Source: an uncultured Actinomycetes bacterium
Lineage (GTDB): Bacteria; Actinomycetota; UBA4738; JBBDTT01
DNA length: 64,000 nt
Assembly: GCA_963742735.1 (NCBI GenBank)
Contig: CAVUMN010000003.1
Span: 832,001 to 896,000 of the forward strand
Direction of reading: 5' to 3'
This document shows positions 61,003 to 64,000 of the stretch, piece after piece (the stretch's first letter is position 1; every line of letters starts with the position of its first letter). The notes under the pieces were generated by a model. It was given only the letters and a program-made list of their open reading frames with translations. It did not search any database and was not told the DNA's origin. A program made the translations under genes and the position numbers.

Positions 61003-62394
61003 GTGCGGCTGTTCAACACCCTGACCAAGCAGGTCGACGAGCTGAGGCCGGTCGAGCCGGGGATCGTGACGTCCTACTCGTGCGGACCGACCGTCTACCG
61101 GTACGTGCACATCGGGAACCTGCGGACGTTCCTGTTCGGTGACGTCCTCCGCCGCGCGCTCGAGCTCGAGGGCCAGCAGGTCAAGTTCGTCATCAACATC
61201 ACAGACGTCGGGCACATGACCGACGAGGTCTCCGACGCCGGCCGCGACCGGATGGACCTCTCCGTCCAGGACGAGGGCCTCTCCCCCGACGAGATCGCGG
61301 AGAAGTACACCAAGGCGTACCTGGAGGACACCGACGCCATCGGGATCCGGCGCGCCGACGCGTACCCGAAGGCTACCGACCACATCCAGGACATGCTCGA
61401 GCTCATCGAGCGCCTCATCGAGCGCGGTCACGCCTACGTGGTCGGCGGCAGCGTCTACTTCGACGTCCATTCGTTCCCCGGCTACGGGAAGCTCTCCGGC
61501 AACACGATCGAGAACCTCCGCGCCGGCCATCGCCAGATCGAGCACGACCCGAACAAGCGCCACCCCGAGGACTTCGCGCTGTGGAAGGAGGCCGGGTCCA
61601 GCCGCCTCATGAAGTGGGACAGCCCCTGGGGCGTCGGCTTCCCGGGCTGGCACATCGAGTGCTCCGCCATGTCGATGAAGCACCTCGGCGAGCGCTTCGA
61701 CATCCACATCGGGGGGACCGACCTGCGCTTCCCGCACCACGAGGACGAGATCGCCCAGTCCGAGGGCGCCGTCGGCCACGAGGTGATCAGCGTCTGGCTG
61801 CACACGGGCTTCCTCAACCTCTCCGGGCTGAAGATGTCCAAGTCGAAGGGGAACGTCGTACGGATCGGCGATCTGGTCGAGGAGTTCGGCGTCGACCCGC
61901 TCAGCTTCCGCTACCTGTGCTTCCAGACGCGCTACCGTAGCGAGATGGACTTCTCGGCCGAGGCCCTCCAGGGCGCGGACCGAACCGTGAAGCGCCTCCG
62001 CCAGCGCATGGTCGAATGGGCCGGCGACGCACGTGATGGGCTCTCCCCCGCCGCCAAGGACCTGGACTCGCGGTTCCGCGAGGCGCTGTCGGAAGACCTC
62101 GATCTCCCCGCCGCGATGACCGTGCTCGCCGAGACCGTCTCGTCGGCCGACGCGAGCGGCGGCGACAAGTTCCAGCTGCTCTCGGAGTGGGATTCGGTGC
62201 TCGGCCTGGACCTGGCCCGGGAGGTCGGCGCCGGCGAGCTCCCCGCCGAGGTCACCGACCTCGCCGCCGAGCGCGACCGGGCCCGCGCCGACAAGGACTT
62301 CGCGAAGTCCGACGAGATCCGCGACCGCCTGGCCGGGATGGGCTACGAGGTCATGGACACCGCGGAAGGGACGAAGGTCCGTCGCCGGCTGTAG
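61003..62394 (+). CDS. cysS: Cysteine--tRNA ligase
   Basis: CGPTVY...HIGN, PGWHIECS, FPHHEDE, KMSKS. Confidence 0.97.
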   Translation: MRLFNTLTKQVDELRPVEPGIVTSYSCGPTVYRYVHIGNLRTFLFGDVLRRALELEGQQVKFVINITDVGHMTDEVSDAGRDRMDLSVQDEGLSPDEIAEKYTKAYLEDTDAIGIRRADAYPKATDHIQDMLELIERLIERGHAYVVGGSVYFDVHSFPGYGKLSGNTIENLRAGHRQIEHDPNKRHPEDFALWKEAGSSRLMKWDSPWGVGFPGWHIECSAMSMKHLGERFDIHIGGTDLRFPHHEDEIAQSEGAVGHEVISVWLHTGFLNLSGLKMSKSKGNVVRIGDLVEEFGVDPLSFRYLCFQTRYRSEMDFSAEALQGADRTVKRLRQRMVEWAGDARDGLSPAAKDLDSRFREALSEDLDLPAAMTVLAETVSSADASGGDKFQLLSEWDSVLGLDLAREVGAGELPAEVTDLAAERDRARADKDFAKSDEIRDRLAGMGYEVMDTAEGTKVRRRL

Positions 62395-62398
62395 ACCG

Positions 62399-63565
62399 TC
62401 AAGGCGGCGCGCGGTCCTCCGTGACCGCTCGAGAGGGCCGGTTGAACACTGGACGTCCGGATTCCATCCGAACCGTCAACTCGCCCCGATGGACCCGGCC
62501 ATGGTGAAGACGGCATAGGAGGGCGAGGTTCCCTACGGTGGTGGCGCCGCCGTGGATCCAGTGCTGCACGTGGTGCGCCTCGCACCAACCCACGCCACGG
62601 TCGCATGACGGAGCCGAGCAGCCGCCGTCACGAACCTCGAGCGCGTGGCGGATCGGGCTCGACACGATCGGCGTCCGACGGCCCACGTCGAGCACCTCCG
62701 AGCGGCCGCGCGTGACGACACGAACGAGCGACGCGTCACACGAGAGCCGTCGAAGCGCCTGCTTCGTGAGGGCGCCGACATCCGCGAACCGGGCGGGCTC
62801 GCTCGAGGCCTCCGCCAGCGTCGCCACATCGACCGTGACCACCAGTTCCGCGCCACCACGGCCTCGCCCGGTCGGTCGTCCGAACGCTCGGCAGACCTCA
62901 ACGAACGCGTCCGCGCGCCTCTGCGCCGGCGTCCGATCGTCCCCCGGTCGGGGAGGCGGACTGGCCGCCCGGATCGCCGTAATCACGCTCTGCCCGGATT
63001 CGGGGTCGAGCTCGCCGTCGATGCGGACCATCCCCAATTCGGTCTGGCGTATGAACAACCGCCGCCGCTCGAAGCGCCGGTTCGCTTCTCGCTGAGCCCG
63101 GTCGGCATCCACCGCCTGCTCCCACGATTCGAGCGTCCGCCGCAGCCCCGTCGCGCCGAGAACTCGGGCCGCGTCTACCAAGGCGGCCTCCGAGCGAGAG
63201 AAGTCTTGAGGAGACGCCTCCCGGGCCGCGACGAGACCGTGCACGGCAAAGGTGGACAGTTGGCCCTGCGCGAGCGCCTCGCGGGCGACCGGCATGTCCT
63301 CGAGCGCACGGGCACAACGCGCGTCCGAGGCGGCCCTGCCGAAGGGCTCGTTGAATACGTCGGCAACCCAGGCTCCGGCCGACGTGTGGCCCGACCGCTG
63401 ATGGAGGGCCCGGCGGTCGCACTCGGCCAGCCGCCGAAGCCGCTCCGCCTCGAGGATCCGCACCCCGCGCTGCAGCTCGCCCAGGTCCTCCTGGAGCTGG
63501 TCGTCACCGACCACTCCGAGGTCCTCCGACCGAAGCTCGTCCAGTGCCGACCGCAGCCCGCTCAC
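62399..63565 (-). CDS. DUF222-domain HNH endonuclease (13E12-repeat-like)
   Basis: DDRT.AQRRADA, RRLSCDA, RDGGC..P.C....WC..HH..HW..GG.T...NL.LLC..HH..VH. Confidence 0.9.
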   Translation of the reverse strand: MSGLRSALDELRSEDLGVVGDDQLQEDLGELQRGVRILEAERLRRLAECDRRALHQRSGHTSAGAWVADVFNEPFGRAASDARCARALEDMPVAREALAQGQLSTFAVHGLVAAREASPQDFSRSEAALVDAARVLGATGLRRTLESWEQAVDADRAQREANRRFERRRLFIRQTELGMVRIDGELDPESGQSVITAIRAASPPPRPGDDRTPAQRRADAFVEVCRAFGRPTGRGRGGAELVVTVDVATLAEASSEPARFADVGALTKQALRRLSCDASLVRVVTRGRSEVLDVGRRTPIVSSPIRHALEVRDGGCSAPSCDRGVGWCEAHHVQHWIHGGATTVGNLALLCRLHHGRVHRGELTVRMESGRPVFNRPSRAVTEDRAPP

Positions 63566-63628
63566 GGGCGACCCTCCTCGAACATCCCCGCGAAACGTAG
63601 CAGCACCTACTGACACAACCGCCGGCCG

Positions 63629-64000
63629 TCAGCCCCGTCGGCGCGTCCGCATTTTCCTCGCGGCGAGGTCCTGGCGGTACCACGCCACCGTCTCGGGGAG
63701 ACCCTCGTCCAGCGAGCGAGGCGCGTACCCCAGCCGTTCCGTCGTCCGCGCGTGGGAGTAGGCGAACGACTTGTCCTCGGCGGAGGTGATGCCCTCCTTC
63801 AGGAACCGCGGGCCGAACCCGGCCAGCCGGGTGAACGGGCCCGAGACCGGCGCGAGGATCTTCAGCGCTCTCGTGGGAACCGTGAACCGCGGGGGGTTGC
63901 GTCCCGCGGCGGCGGCGGCCTTGCCGAGGACCTCCTTCATGCTGGCGACCTCGCCGCCGAGCACGAACTCCTCACCCGGCTTGCCCTTGTCCATGGCCAG
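63629..64000 (-). CDS. NAD-dependent epimerase/dehydratase, C-terminal part (truncated by window edge)
   Basis: G..GE.FVLGGE ... LGY.PRSLDEGL.ETVAWY extended-SDR C-terminus. Confidence 0.8.
   Translation of the reverse strand: MAMDKGKPGEEFVLGGEVASMKEVLGKAAAAAGRNPPRFTVPTRALKILAPVSGPFTRLAGFGPRFLKEGITSAEDKSFAYSHARTTERLGYAPRSLDEGLPETVAWYRQDLAARKMRTRRRG

Noticed and set aside
63578-63593. LexA box upstream of the HNH gene
   Set aside because: Only the TCGAAC half-site matches.
1-64000. CRISPR array, rRNA, IS transposase, integrase
   Set aside because: No regularly spaced repeats or recognisable motifs found by eye.

Overview
High-GC actinomycete-like chromosomal segment, probably at the replication terminus: a dif-like site at 26845-26872 sits where gene orientation flips from mostly + to mostly -. 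Many indel frameshifts fall in essential genes (his operon, gcvP, kamD) and look like long-read assembly errors rather than pseudogenes. Housekeeping content: cmk-der-tRNA-Pro(GGG); pgsA-manC/manB-pncB-gcvH-garA-ftsR-dac-hpt-DUF151-MerR-gcvPA/PB; lnt-ppm1 fusion; hisDCBHAFIG; cysS; and a lysine-fermentation set (kdd, kamA, kamD, kamE, kal) split into two blocks. Accessory content: an A/T-richer islet of unknown and HEPN-like genes after tRNA-Pro, two cyclase-STAND-TPR genes and a DUF222-HNH gene. Most notable: (1) a stand-alone, very small (226 aa), thumb-less reverse transcriptase with a WVDD active site directly behind kamA, preceded by a structured 122-nt leader and overlapping a Kelch lipoprotein gene; (2) a complete archaeal-type nurA-herA-mre11-rad50 operon; (3) a candidate ~105-nt stem-bubble-stem sRNA with its own promoter and terminator, next to an FtsR-like operator. 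All calls come from motif recognition by eye; no searches were run.
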